DNA from: a bacterium
GTDB lineage: Bacteria; Fidelibacterota; UBA2242
Assembly: GCA_018824205.1 (NCBI GenBank)
Contig: JAHJGX010000053.1
Location: 15,869-79,868, forward strand
Length of the DNA: 64,000 nucleotides
Direction: 5' to 3'
Below, in pieces: positions 47,801 to 57,475 of this stretch. A program made the translations under genes and the position numbers. Position 1 is the first letter of the stretch. Each line of letters opens with the position of its first letter. Under the pieces are notes generated by a model. The model saw only the letters and a program-made list of their open reading frames with translations, was not told where the DNA came from and did no database searches.

Positions 47801-48007
47801 GGCGGCGCCTGGTTTGCGAATGATTTCCACCCCTTTACCAGTGATCCCTATTACGGGACCATCATGGATGATTTGGTATCCGGATTTGGTGTTGGCACAC
47901 GTCTTTTCATGGGTTATTTTCTGTTGAAAATTGATTGCGCCTGGCGCTACGACATGATCAAATTTCGTTCACCGCAGTGGTATTTTTCACTGGGCCTGGA
48001 TTTCTAA
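44867..48007 (+). CDS. Outer-membrane multidomain protein: Peptidase_MA_2-like + PD40/TolB-like beta-propeller + Omp85 (bacterial surface antigen) beta-barrel
   Basis: N-terminus 'RHELVHVVVNDM...WMNEGLAEYIS' (HExxH...NEGxAEY). Middle repeats 'WSPDGKKIVLAV', 'WSPEGDRLAF', 'WSPDGRKIIFAS' are PD40 blades. C-terminus 'RFFLGGETNW...FEFRYPF...GITFFDVGGAW...GFGVGTRLFMGYFLLKIDCAWRY...YFSLGLDF' is Omp85-barrel-like, ending in an aromatic residue. Confidence 0.6.
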   Translation: MILSVIKKVCLNSITVALMTVLLLSSAASAQFGKNKVRYNDYTWSFIQTEHFDIFFHDDGAELSHFAAPVVEQAVDEISRVLNWRMRKRVSVIVYNSHSDFQQTNVTLGYLYEGILGFTELLKNRTVVAFDGSNNNFWHLIRHELVHVVVNDMIYGGNIQSVVSGRVRLRIPLWMNEGLAEYISMGWDTNADMILRDIATNNDIPNIKELDYYLAYKGGQSVYRFIAERYGDQKIGEIWTNMKGRSSAEKGIEKSIGLDMKELTEAWHKWVRKEYWPDIADRDELDDIAIRLTDHKKLKNYFNTGPAINPNGTKIALMSDRKGYADIFLIDAIEGEVEDKLVSGQRTPDLEELKWLNPRLSWSPDGKKIVLAVKSGARDALIVVDVETKKRKKYTFDEINELFTAAWSPEGDRLAFIGLNSDRTDLYLYNMKDDKLFRLTNDWASDFEPNWSPDGRKIIFASQRNIKNGGFPKDDLTNWATSPYNQTDLFVYDLDSDQINQITDTPWNENYPAWANTENKIIYTSDINGVSNLYIMDIDSGKQVAITNVLTGIFQPCLSKDDSRLVFAGYADYGWDVFILSNPLNLFDKPREIKATVFAESLKEIWENPDENIRFDYPTPEDVKQSYTHRVDTQQSYTNYIFAPNYQREIPEEPDTTMALTDSISYKDENGEFVVSPYKTKFSLDYIDSQAGYSNFWGFQGTTVFVFSDVLGDHQLSFGSELYIDLENSDYYLSYQYLKNRTNYAVTGFHNANFWYYSLFYLYRLRNYGIDVSMSRPFSRLSRFELAATSYNVEQKFIDIYTGQTLSNRMIHTILPRAAFVYDNTLWSYFYPIDGWRWRIDATVSPKYTDTSLEFQTVQADIRRYFKLNREYSFALRLSGGLSEGPNAQRFFLGGETNWINQKWRDYVLDDDNESMLEDIYFSDFVTPLRGARYYERAGTRYFLANFEFRYPFIKYLALGWPLPMTIGGLQGITFFDVGGAWFANDFHPFTSDPYYGTIMDDLVSGFGVGTRLFMGYFLLKIDCAWRYDMIKFRSPQWYFSLGLDF

Positions 48008-48119
48008 AGTCATTCTCCCAATAAATTTTCGGATTTTATTACCAGGATACCGTCTAAATCACTAATTTAGCAGGCCGGACTGGATAGTTGCGCTTTATCG
48101 ATAAATTATTGGAAAACAA

Positions 48120-49031
48120 TTGATCAAGTATTTACAATTTTTTCTCTTATGTCTGATTTGGGGAACAACCTACGCGGCGATCAAGATCGGATCGAGTTCT
48201 ACACCGCCAATGCTTGGCCTGGCAATCCGTTATGGGGTTGCTCTGTTGCTGCTGTTTCCGGTAATCAAACTGACCGGCCGTAAAATCCCTTTTGATAAAT
48301 CTTCGGTGAAACTCTACCTTGTTGTTGGTGTGTTCAGCATGGGCCTGAGCTACCTGTGCACCTACTGGGCGATGAGTTATATACCCAGTAGTCTGTCTTC
48401 GATTTTATGGGCAACATTTCCTCTATTTACCGGAATTCTGGCCCATTTTATGGTGTCGGCTAAAAATCTGAATTTCCGCCGGTTGACTTCAATATTTTTA
48501 GCAACAATCGGGGTTGTTCTGATTCTTTCGGATCAGCACCTGGTCTTTAATGCCGAAATCCTGGTGGGTTGTTTTGTCGTAATAATCGGTGTTTTGATGG
48601 CTTCATATCCGAATGTCTATATCAAAACCTATGGGAAGGATTCTGATCCTATGGTGCTGACGGCGATGTCTCTGTTGGTTGGTGGTATGATCCATTTGAC
48701 CGGGGCCCTGGTATCGGGTCAATTTGCTGTAATGTCCTGGACATTACGCAATATTGGCGCGGCCGCTTATCTTGGAATATTCGGTTCCGCAACGGCATTT
48801 TTTATCTATTATTCACTGCTGCGGAAAATTGAAGTGGTCAAAGTATCCTTTGTAACATTCCTGACGCCAATCGTGGCCTCATTGGTGGGGGTGATTTTTT
48901 TACATGAAACGATAACGTTGAAAGAAATCGGCGGAATCCTGTTGATTTTCAGCGGACTGTTCATGTACGATTTCATGAAATATTACAGATACATCGGTAC
49001 GTATAAAATCCGACGACGGACGGCAGCATGA
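48120..49031 (+). CDS. DMT-superfamily (EamA-like) transporter
   Basis: TTG start. 10 TM segments in two EamA-like halves, 303 aa. Confidence 0.7.
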   Translation: MIKYLQFFLLCLIWGTTYAAIKIGSSSTPPMLGLAIRYGVALLLLFPVIKLTGRKIPFDKSSVKLYLVVGVFSMGLSYLCTYWAMSYIPSSLSSILWATFPLFTGILAHFMVSAKNLNFRRLTSIFLATIGVVLILSDQHLVFNAEILVGCFVVIIGVLMASYPNVYIKTYGKDSDPMVLTAMSLLVGGMIHLTGALVSGQFAVMSWTLRNIGAAAYLGIFGSATAFFIYYSLLRKIEVVKVSFVTFLTPIVASLVGVIFLHETITLKEIGGILLIFSGLFMYDFMKYYRYIGTYKIRRRTAA

Positions 49032-50377
49032 ATACTAAAACCAAAACGGTGTTTACCTGTAATGAATGTGGCGGACAGCAGCCGAAGTGGACCGGTAAAT
49101 GCCCGGAATGCGGCGCCTGGAACACCATAGCCGAAGAAAAGGTTTTAAAAAAAGCGTCAAAGCACACTAGCATCGAAAGCCGGAAGTTACAGACCCTGAA
49201 CAAACCGGTTCATGTAAATATTGCCCGATTAGCGACCGGTATTGAGGAATTTGACCGGGTTTTGGGCGGTGGTTTTGTGGAAGGAATGGTGGTTCTGCTG
49301 GCTGGTGAGCCGGGAATCGGAAAATCGACACTGGTGCTGCAAATTTTGAATAAACTCAAGGGTGACAGGTTCCTCTATTTTTCCGGTGAAGAATCGGAAG
49401 AGCAGATATCCCTGCGGGCCGGCCGGATGGGAATTGAAAACTCCCGGATTCTGGTGGCCTGTGAGAACAATCTTGAGAACATTACCACACATATTGAAAA
49501 TCAGCAGCCGGCGATGGTGGTGATTGATTCAATTCAGACGATTTACAGTGATGCGTATGATAATGTTCCGGGTAGTGTGACCCAGGTCCGGGAGTGTGCC
49601 GGGACATTGTTACGAAAAGCCAAAGAGTTGAACTTTTGTGCCGTATTTATCGGTCATATTACCAAAGACGGAATGATTGCCGGGCCAAAGGTGCTGGAAC
49701 ATCTTGTGGATACGGTTCTGTATCTTGAAGGGGGCAAGACAAATTTCTACCGGACCCTGCGCTCCATGAAAAACCGTTTCGGTTCGACGAATGAAGTCGG
49801 TCTGTTTACCATGAAGGACATCGGTTTAATTCCCGTTGACAACCCCTCGGAATTCTTTCTGGCAGAACGGAAAAAGCATGTTGCCGGTTCCACGGTAGCC
49901 GTCAGTATGGAAGGCACCCGGCCGTTTTTGATTGAAGTTCAGGCGCTGGTGACTCAGTCGTCATACGGGAATCCCCAACGGACGGCCAACGGTATCGATC
50001 ATCGTCGCCTGGCGATGCTGGTAGCGGTTCTGGAAAAGCGGGCGGGATTCCCCTTGCGTTTGCAGGATATTTTTGTGAATCTCGTTGGCGGTTTGCGGAT
50101 CGATGAAACGGCGATCAACCTGGGAGTTGTGGTTGCACTGGCGTCAAGTTTTAAGGATGTGCCGGTAAATCCATCGGCAGCTTTTATCGGCGAAGTGGGA
50201 TTGGTGGGCGAAATCCGCTCGGTCCCGCTGATTGAACAACGGGTCAAAGAAGCGCTGAAATTCGGATTTAAACCGGTCTATATTCCCAAGGCAAACCTGA
50301 AGCAGCTGGATGGCATGAAAGCTGGTGAGGTTATCGGTGTTGATTCCATAAACCAGCTCTTCGACCAAATATTTTAA
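49028..50377 (+). CDS. radA: DNA repair protein RadA/Sms
   Basis: Zinc ribbon 'CNECGGQQPKWTGKCPECGAWNT'. Walker A 'LLAGEPGIGKSTL'. 'KNRFG' and a Lon-like C-terminal domain. Confidence 0.9.
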   Translation: MNTKTKTVFTCNECGGQQPKWTGKCPECGAWNTIAEEKVLKKASKHTSIESRKLQTLNKPVHVNIARLATGIEEFDRVLGGGFVEGMVVLLAGEPGIGKSTLVLQILNKLKGDRFLYFSGEESEEQISLRAGRMGIENSRILVACENNLENITTHIENQQPAMVVIDSIQTIYSDAYDNVPGSVTQVRECAGTLLRKAKELNFCAVFIGHITKDGMIAGPKVLEHLVDTVLYLEGGKTNFYRTLRSMKNRFGSTNEVGLFTMKDIGLIPVDNPSEFFLAERKKHVAGSTVAVSMEGTRPFLIEVQALVTQSSYGNPQRTANGIDHRRLAMLVAVLEKRAGFPLRLQDIFVNLVGGLRIDETAINLGVVVALASSFKDVPVNPSAAFIGEVGLVGEIRSVPLIEQRVKEALKFGFKPVYIPKANLKQLDGMKAGEVIGVDSINQLFDQIF

Positions 50378-50391
50378 CAATCATTGAATCC

Positions 50392-51618
50392 ATGAACAAA
50401 GGCGAAAAGACATCCGGTCGATTGAAATTTCAGGTTCTGGCACAGGATAAGGATTCGCTGGCCCGGGCTTGTCGCTTTGAAACTGACCATGGAACTGTGG
50501 AGACGCCGATCTTTATGCCGGTGGGAACTCATGGTGTTGTAAAAACCCTGACCCCGGCGGAACTCGATGATTGTGCGGCTCAGATAATTCTTGGGAACAC
50601 CTATCATCTTTATCTGCGCCCCGGTCTGGAAGTAATTGAAGCGGCTGGCGGACTGCATCGATTCAATAGCTGGAAAAAACCTATTTTGACTGATAGCGGC
50701 GGATTCCAGGTTTTCAGTCTTTCCCATTTAGGGAAAATTACCGACGATGATATCACTTTCCGCTCTCATATTGACGGTTCGCAGCATGTGCTGTCACCGG
50801 AAATTTCCATGGAAATCCAGAATTCTCTAGGCTCCGACATCATCATGGCTTTTGATGAATGCACGCCTTTCCCATGCAGTTATGAGGCCGCGGAAAAATC
50901 GTTGGTAAGGACACATAACTGGGAACGGCACTCGAAAAATTATTTTGAGAAATTGAAGCCTCTTTACGGTTACCGGCAATTCCTGTTTGGGATTGTGCAG
51001 GGCAGCGTGTATTCCGATTTGCGGGCACAAAGCGCTGAAGTATTAGCCGAAATGGATTTTGACGGCTACGCTATTGGTGGACTGGCTGTGGGTGAGCCGA
51101 AAGAACAAATGTTCGATATGATTTCCTATGTCAGCCCCATGCTGCCGCAGGACCGACCGCATTACCTGATGGGCGTCGGAAAACCGGAAGATATTGTTCA
51201 GGCGATTGAGCGGGGAATCGATATGTTCGATTGTGTGCTGCCGACCCGTAATGCCCGGAATGGAACCCTTTATACCTGGCAGGGACGGATAGTCTTAAAA
51301 CAATCTCAGTATCGGATGGATTTTACACCGCCCGATGACAATTGTGACTGCTATACCTGCCGGAATTTTTCCCGGGCCTACCTGAGACACCTGTTCATGA
51401 ATGGGGAAATGACCGGCCTGCGTCTGAATACGCTCCACAATATTCACTTTTTTCTGGAGCTGACTTCGAAAGCGCGCACAGCGATTCGGGAAGGTAATTT
51501 TACGGAATGGAAAAGGGAGTTTTTTAAGTATTATCCCATTGAAGATGACCACTGGGAAGTCAATACGCTTCGCCGTGAAGAGCGCCGCCGGAAACATCTT
51601 GAGGAAAACGAGCATTAA
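50392..51618 (+). CDS. tgt: Queuine tRNA-ribosyltransferase (tRNA-guanine transglycosylase)
   Basis: 'LTDSGGFQVFSL' and the zinc site 'CDCYTC...H'. 408 aa with a basic C-terminal extension. Confidence 0.9.
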   Translation: MNKGEKTSGRLKFQVLAQDKDSLARACRFETDHGTVETPIFMPVGTHGVVKTLTPAELDDCAAQIILGNTYHLYLRPGLEVIEAAGGLHRFNSWKKPILTDSGGFQVFSLSHLGKITDDDITFRSHIDGSQHVLSPEISMEIQNSLGSDIIMAFDECTPFPCSYEAAEKSLVRTHNWERHSKNYFEKLKPLYGYRQFLFGIVQGSVYSDLRAQSAEVLAEMDFDGYAIGGLAVGEPKEQMFDMISYVSPMLPQDRPHYLMGVGKPEDIVQAIERGIDMFDCVLPTRNARNGTLYTWQGRIVLKQSQYRMDFTPPDDNCDCYTCRNFSRAYLRHLFMNGEMTGLRLNTLHNIHFFLELTSKARTAIREGNFTEWKREFFKYYPIEDDHWEVNTLRREERRRKHLEENEH

Positions 51619-51649
51619 CATATGGTAGTGTTTACAAAATGAAATTATT

Positions 51650-52741
51650 ATGACTTTAAATCCTACCACAATACCGAAAGATTTTCTGGGCTTGTCAGCA
51701 GATGAGTTGAATAAACGCATCATCGAGGTCAAAGCGAAACTTGGCAAACGGCTGTTGATTCTCGGGCATCATTACATGAGCGACGATGTGATTGCCCATG
51801 CCAACGAGCGGGGAGATTCCTTTGCATTGGCGAAGATAGCCGCTCAAACGGATGCTGAGTTTATTGTCTTCTGTGGCGTGCATTTTATGGCCGAGACCGC
51901 CGATATTGTCACTACTACGGCACAAAAAGTATTCATTCCCGATCCCGGTGCCGGCTGCTTTCTGGCGGATTGCGCCCGCATCCGGGATGTGGAAGACGCC
52001 TGGCAGGAGATAAAATCAATGACATCGGAAATAATCGTACCGATTACCTATGTGAATTCCGGTGCTGATATGAAGGCCTTCTGCGGAGATAACGGTGGGC
52101 TGGTTTGTACGTCCTCCAATGCGGCTAGGGCCTTGAAATGGGCTTTTGAGCGTGGCGAAAAGGTTTTTTTCTTTCCCGATCAGCACCTGGGACGAAACAC
52201 CGCATTCGCGATGGGAATTCCGCTGAACGAAATAATTCTGTGGGACCCCGATGAACCATTGGGTGGAAATTCGTTAGAAACCATAAAACAGGCCAGAGTA
52301 ATTCTTTGGGATGGTTTTTGTATTGTGCATCAGGAATTCAATGTAGACTATATCGAGAAACTCCGCCAAGATGATCCGCAGATCAATATTATTGTCCATC
52401 CGGAATGTGATTTTGATGTGGCGCAAGTGGCTGATTATATGGGCAGCACGGCCTATATTATTCGCATGATTGCAGAGGCGCCGTCAGGATCACACTGGGC
52501 GGTTGCCACGGAAAGAAACCTGGTGAATCGCCTGAAAAAAGCCTATCCTGATAAACGCATTGAGATATTGCAGTTCTTTGAACCCTATTGCAAATCCATG
52601 GCGCAGATCAACCTGACCAATCTGGCTTATCAATTGGATCAGATAGATCACGGTAATCTGATTAACCAGGTTATTGTTGAAGAACAATACGCTGTAAGTG
52701 CCCGGATTGCACTGAACCGCATGCTGGAATTAACACAATGA
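51650..52741 (+). CDS. nadA: Quinolinate synthase
   Basis: 'ILGHHYMSDDVI', 'IIVHPECDFDV', and conserved Cys residues for the Fe-S cluster. Confidence 0.85.
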   Translation: MTLNPTTIPKDFLGLSADELNKRIIEVKAKLGKRLLILGHHYMSDDVIAHANERGDSFALAKIAAQTDAEFIVFCGVHFMAETADIVTTTAQKVFIPDPGAGCFLADCARIRDVEDAWQEIKSMTSEIIVPITYVNSGADMKAFCGDNGGLVCTSSNAARALKWAFERGEKVFFFPDQHLGRNTAFAMGIPLNEIILWDPDEPLGGNSLETIKQARVILWDGFCIVHQEFNVDYIEKLRQDDPQINIIVHPECDFDVAQVADYMGSTAYIIRMIAEAPSGSHWAVATERNLVNRLKKAYPDKRIEILQFFEPYCKSMAQINLTNLAYQLDQIDHGNLINQVIVEEQYAVSARIALNRMLELTQ

Positions 52742-54306
52742 AATCGAGTGATACTCATATGGAAACAGATGTACTGGTAATTGGTTCCGGTTTGGCCGGC
52801 TGTTCGGCGGCCTATTCGGCGGCCCGGGAAGGTCTCAATGTGGTCATGATCACGGCGGAACCGGAGTTTTCGGAAACCTCTTCCTACTACGCCCAGGGTG
52901 GTATCATTTATCGGGCAAAAGAGGATACCGAGGCGGCATTGCTGGATGATTTTCAACGGACCGGCGTCGGTATCGTGAATGAAAATGCCGTACGGGTCAT
53001 CTATCAAAACGGTCCGGAGTTTATTGATCGGATTTTGTGTGATGATTTGAAAATACCATTCAGCCGAAGTGCCGATAGGAACCTTGATTTGATAAAAGAG
53101 GGCTCCCATTCGTTTCCGCGGATTGCCTATGTAAAGGACCATACCGGGCAATCCATTCAGGATCGATTTTATCATAAGATCAAAACAATTGGAAATATTC
53201 AAATCATTCGGAAAGCGACCTGTGTCGATCTGATTACCCTGGCGCATCACTCGTTGAATCCGCTGCATATCTATGAACCCAGCACCTGTGTCGGCGCCTA
53301 CATTCTGTTTCAGGACAAGAAAGAGGTCAGGCCAATTCTGGCAAAAGTTACAGTGCTGGCCAGCGGCGGACTCGGGAACCTGTATTTGCACACATCCAAC
53401 CCGCCCCATGTTCGTGGTGACGGCTATGCTATGGCGTACCGGGCCGGTGCCAGGATTATGAACATGGAGTATGTTCAGTTTCACCCGACGACTCTTTTTA
53501 CGACGAATGAAGAACGGTTTCTGATATCGGAAGCATTGCGGGGCGAAGGCGCGGTACTGCGCAATAAACAGGGCGAAGCATTCATGCGACGCTACCACGA
53601 GCTGGAAAACCTGGCCCCCCGGGATATCGTGGCCCGATCCATAATGGCGGAAATGAATGAAACCGGCAGCAAATACGTCACGCTGGACATTACTCACCGA
53701 AACAGCGACTGGATCCGGAAACGATTTCCCAAAATATATAAAAAATGTCTTGAGCAGAAAGTTGATATTACGATTGAAGGTATACCCGTTGTGCCGGCGG
53801 CGCATTATGAATGCGGCGGCGTGGCGACTGACATGCTGGCCAATACCACTATCCGGCGCCTGAAAGCCGTAGGCGAAGTGGCCTGTACCGGTTTACACGG
53901 GGCCAACCGGCTGGCCAGCAGTTCTTTACTGGAATGCCTGGTGTTTGGCGTTATCGCCGGCCGGGACGCTGCCGAACAGATAAGCGGCCAGAAAATGATT
54001 ATGCCGTCCGTTGCGGACTGGAAAAAGGAAACTGAATGTATTGATCCGGATCTGCTGCGTCAGGACCGCTCTACGATTCGCCAAACGATGTGGAATTATG
54101 TGGGCATTGTCCGGAACAAAAAGAAACTGGAACGTGCGTTTGGAATTCTATGGCAGCTGAATGAAGATATTCAGCATTTTTACCATCATGGTGAACTCAG
54201 TGATGCGCTCATCGGTTTGCGGAACGCAGCGACGACGTCACTGCTGGTTCTGCACGCGGCCCGTTTGCATAAGGGAAGCCGGGGTTGCCATTACCGCATG
54301 GATTGA
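52738..54306 (+). CDS. nadB: L-aspartate oxidase
   Basis: FAD-binding 'DVLVIGSGLAGCSAAYSA', 'YYAQGGI', 'RHSL' and 'HYECGG' flavoprotein motifs. Overlaps nadA by 4 nt. Confidence 0.85.
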   Translation: MKSSDTHMETDVLVIGSGLAGCSAAYSAAREGLNVVMITAEPEFSETSSYYAQGGIIYRAKEDTEAALLDDFQRTGVGIVNENAVRVIYQNGPEFIDRILCDDLKIPFSRSADRNLDLIKEGSHSFPRIAYVKDHTGQSIQDRFYHKIKTIGNIQIIRKATCVDLITLAHHSLNPLHIYEPSTCVGAYILFQDKKEVRPILAKVTVLASGGLGNLYLHTSNPPHVRGDGYAMAYRAGARIMNMEYVQFHPTTLFTTNEERFLISEALRGEGAVLRNKQGEAFMRRYHELENLAPRDIVARSIMAEMNETGSKYVTLDITHRNSDWIRKRFPKIYKKCLEQKVDITIEGIPVVPAAHYECGGVATDMLANTTIRRLKAVGEVACTGLHGANRLASSSLLECLVFGVIAGRDAAEQISGQKMIMPSVADWKKETECIDPDLLRQDRSTIRQTMWNYVGIVRNKKKLERAFGILWQLNEDIQHFYHHGELSDALIGLRNAATTSLLVLHAARLHKGSRGCHYRMD

Positions 54307-54340
54307 TTAAACTAAACGTTAAATTGAAATTGGAGGTTTT

Positions 54341-54670
54341 GTGAATACGTTACTTTATGCAGGAACATTGGGTGGTGGTGCCCAACAGGGTAATCCGATA
54401 ATGTCATTATTGCCATTTCTGGCGATTATTCTGGTGATGTACCTGTTAATGATTCGTCCCCAGGCCAAGAAACAGAAAGAAAAACAGCAGATGCTGAAAG
54501 AGCTGAAGCCGGGCGATGAGATATTAACGATCGGTGGAATGTACGGAAAAATCGAAGGCGTTCGTGAAAAAGAGGGTATCCTTGTCCTTAAAATAGCGAA
54601 AGATGTCAAAGTCCATATTACCCGGTCGGCGGTCGCCGAAAAACTGGTTGATAAATCCGTTGTAAAATAG
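54341..54670 (+). CDS. yajC: Preprotein translocase subunit YajC
   Basis: GTG start. 'QQGNPIMSLLPFLAIILVMYLLMIRPQAKKQKE...GDEILTIGGMYGKI' parallels E. coli YajC, including the N-terminal extension. Confidence 0.75.
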   Translation: MNTLLYAGTLGGGAQQGNPIMSLLPFLAIILVMYLLMIRPQAKKQKEKQQMLKELKPGDEILTIGGMYGKIEGVREKEGILVLKIAKDVKVHITRSAVAEKLVDKSVVK

Positions 54671-54671
54671 T

Positions 54672-55205
54672 ATGGAATTGCTGGAAATATACCAGTTTGG
54701 TAGTCCTTTGCTGAAACGCAAGACGCAACGTGTCGGTGAATTACCTGATCATTTTCCGGAGTTTCTCGAGCGAATGTATGCTGCGATGTACGGTGATGAC
54801 GGTATTGGACTGTCCGCCAACCAGGTTGGTGTTGACCAACACTTTTTTATTGCCGATTTTTCCCTGCACGAAAAAGATATGTCCCGCGAGGTTTTTATCA
54901 ATCCCGAAATACTGGAGAGTACGGGCATTGATACGCTGGAAGAGGGCTGTCTCAGCGTTCCGGAAATTCATGAAAAGGTGACCCGTGCGTATAGGGTTAA
55001 GGTACGCTATGAAAATCTCAAGCGGGAAGTCATCGAAAAAGAATTTGAAGGATTTCCGGCCAGAGTGATTCAGCATGAAATTGATCATTTGAATGGGGTG
55101 CTGTTCGTGGAGCGGATCAGTCCGCTGAAACGCAGCTTTATCGATTCAAAACTCAAGAAAATTGCCGAAAAGGGAATTACCCAAACTGAACCCGTTACAA
55201 TCTGA
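54672..55205 (+). CDS. def: Peptide deformylase
   Basis: 'GIGLSANQVG', 'EGCLSVPE' and 'QHEIDHLNG', the three PDF motifs. Confidence 0.9.
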   Translation: MELLEIYQFGSPLLKRKTQRVGELPDHFPEFLERMYAAMYGDDGIGLSANQVGVDQHFFIADFSLHEKDMSREVFINPEILESTGIDTLEEGCLSVPEIHEKVTRAYRVKVRYENLKREVIEKEFEGFPARVIQHEIDHLNGVLFVERISPLKRSFIDSKLKKIAEKGITQTEPVTI

Positions 55206-55211
55206 TTCTTT

Positions 55212-56141
55212 ATGAAAATCATTTATATGGGAACTCCGGAATTTGCTGTTCCGGGACTGAAAGCGATTGCTGAATCCGGCCACTCGGTAACGCTTGTGGT
55301 CACCGGACCGGACAAACCTGCCGGCCGGGGCCGAAGTCTGTGCGAAACACCGGTAAAACAACTGGCGCTGGAATTGGATTTGCCAATTACACAACCGGAA
55401 TCATTGAAAGATCCGGGTTTTATTAATCAAGTCAGACATTTAGATGCCGATATTATTGTTGTAGTAGCATTCCAGATTTTACCGAATGAAATCATCAATG
55501 CCGCCCGCCTCGGAGCAATCAATCTGCATGCTTCGTTGCTGCCGAAATACCGGGGTGCAGCGCCGATCAACTGGGCCTTGATAAACGGCGATAAACAGAC
55601 AGGCATTACGATTTTTCAGATTAAACCGAAAGTGGATACAGGGGACATCATACTTCAGCAGACAGTTGAAATCGCCGATCAGGAAACCTACGGAGATCTA
55701 TATACCCGTTTGTCCCGGATTGGCGCGCCGGCGCTGGTGACTGTATTGGACAGGCTGGAAAACGGAGTCGCCGAAGCAATTCCTCAGGATGATTCACTAG
55801 TATGCAAAGCGCCCAAGATTTTTCCCCAGATGGGGGAGATTAACTGGTCGAACAGTGCTGAATCGATCAAGAACCAAATCCACGGACTGTCCCCGGTCCC
55901 CGGCGCATATGCTTTTTTGGGGAAAAAGCGGATCAAATTTCTGAAAGCCCGCTATTCGTCTGAGGCATTCAGTGAAACACCGGCGACGATTGTCCTTCGG
56001 GATAATAACAGACTTGGCATTCAGACCGGCTCGGGTGTGCTTTATCCGCTGGAACTCCAATCGGAAGCTAAAAAAGCACTGCCGATTCATGAGTTTTTGC
56101 GGGGATTTCAAGCCAAAATCGGGGATCGGTTCCAGTCGTGA
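55212..56141 (+). CDS. fmt: Methionyl-tRNA formyltransferase
   Basis: 'IIYMGTPEFAVP', 'INLHASLLPKYRGAAPINWA'. The def-fmt-rsmB order is conserved. Confidence 0.9.
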   Translation: MKIIYMGTPEFAVPGLKAIAESGHSVTLVVTGPDKPAGRGRSLCETPVKQLALELDLPITQPESLKDPGFINQVRHLDADIIVVVAFQILPNEIINAARLGAINLHASLLPKYRGAAPINWALINGDKQTGITIFQIKPKVDTGDIILQQTVEIADQETYGDLYTRLSRIGAPALVTVLDRLENGVAEAIPQDDSLVCKAPKIFPQMGEINWSNSAESIKNQIHGLSPVPGAYAFLGKKRIKFLKARYSSEAFSETPATIVLRDNNRLGIQTGSGVLYPLELQSEAKKALPIHEFLRGFQAKIGDRFQS

Positions 56142-57457
56142 ATATCCGCACTGCTGCCGTCCGTATCCTGAATTCCTACCATCATCAGTATTTTAACTAT
56201 GAAAATAAAATCGCCGCTACGTCGGATGGTCTGAAATTGTCCGGAAAGGACCGTGATTTTCTGTATATACTCGTAAAAGGTGTAATCCTGCACCGGTCAT
56301 ACCTGGACTTTGTAATTGAAATTGCTGCTCAACGGTCCGTAAAAAAATTTGAAAATACAGTATTGAATCTGTTACGGGTTGGTGTATTTCAGTATCTGAT
56401 TCTGGAAACACCGCCCCACGCATTTACCAACGAAACCGTTGATGCTGCCCGGCAACTGAAGAAACCGCGGGCCATTGGCCTGATCAATGCCGTACTGCGG
56501 CATTTACTATTGAAGGACGAATTGAAAACCAGGCTCGCTGAACTGCCGGATAATGAATCACTGGCGATACAGTTTTCCCATCCGCAATGGATGATTGACC
56601 GTTGGATTGAACATTTTGGAATAGCAAACACGCAAATAATTGCCGATTTCAATAACAGTTATCAGAAAATCTATTTTCGGCACAACCCGGTTAAAATATC
56701 CTGGGACGATCTGTCTCAAATACTGAAAGACTCCGGATATACTATCTCGGTTGCCATAGACTCACCAATCCTGTTTTTTTCTACAGACACACCGGGTGAA
56801 TTAATCCGCAGCGAGCTCTTTAATAAAGGTTTCATGTCTGTTCAGGACATCAGCCAGTCGTTGGCGGTTCGTCTGCTGAATCCTCAACCTGGTGAGGTGA
56901 TTATCGACGCCTGTGCAGCACCAGGCGGAAAAACCGGGATGATTGCACAATTGGGCGGCCGCGAGTCGATTGTAAATGCATATGATATTTCTCCAGCTAA
57001 AGTTCAGCTGTTGAAAAATGAAGCCTTTCGTTTAGGACTTGATTTTGTAAATTACGGCGTTGCCGATGCCCGGTCAGGAACATTTCCGATGGCAGATAAA
57101 GTTCTTCTCGATGTGCCCTGCTCAGGAACCGGCGTTATGGCCCGCCGGGCGGATTTACGCTGGAACAGGACGCCGCAGGACCTTGAGACGCTGCTTGTTA
57201 TGCAGAGAGAAATATTGACAAATATGGTCAATGCAGTAAAACCCGGTGGTGTTGTGATCTATAGCACCTGCTCTATCGAACCGGAAGAAAATTGGCAAAA
57301 TATTGAATGGTTTTTAGAGGCAAACCCGGATTTTACGATTGAGAGTGCTGATAATTTTGTTGAAGCAAAATGGTGTGATAAAAATGGAGCCGTGCAGGTT
57401 CTGCCGCATCTTCATAATGAGACCGGTGGATTTGCGGTCAGGCTACAGAGGCGATAA
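56138..57457 (+). CDS. rsmB: 16S rRNA (cytosine-C5)-methyltransferase RsmB/Sun
   Basis: N-terminal NusB-like region. 'DACAAPGGKT' (SAM) and catalytic 'DVPCSGTGV', 'YSTCS'. Confidence 0.85.
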   Translation: MNIRTAAVRILNSYHHQYFNYENKIAATSDGLKLSGKDRDFLYILVKGVILHRSYLDFVIEIAAQRSVKKFENTVLNLLRVGVFQYLILETPPHAFTNETVDAARQLKKPRAIGLINAVLRHLLLKDELKTRLAELPDNESLAIQFSHPQWMIDRWIEHFGIANTQIIADFNNSYQKIYFRHNPVKISWDDLSQILKDSGYTISVAIDSPILFFSTDTPGELIRSELFNKGFMSVQDISQSLAVRLLNPQPGEVIIDACAAPGGKTGMIAQLGGRESIVNAYDISPAKVQLLKNEAFRLGLDFVNYGVADARSGTFPMADKVLLDVPCSGTGVMARRADLRWNRTPQDLETLLVMQREILTNMVNAVKPGGVVIYSTCSIEPEENWQNIEWFLEANPDFTIESADNFVEAKWCDKNGAVQVLPHLHNETGGFAVRLQRR

Positions 57458-57475
57458 TTATGTGGGAAATGTGAA

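Noticed and set aside
52648-53805. 385-aa ORF on the minus strand spanning the nadA/nadB junction
   Set aside because: It is fully antisense to two genes with unambiguous NadA and NadB motifs. It has no recognisable motifs of its own and is most likely a chance open frame.
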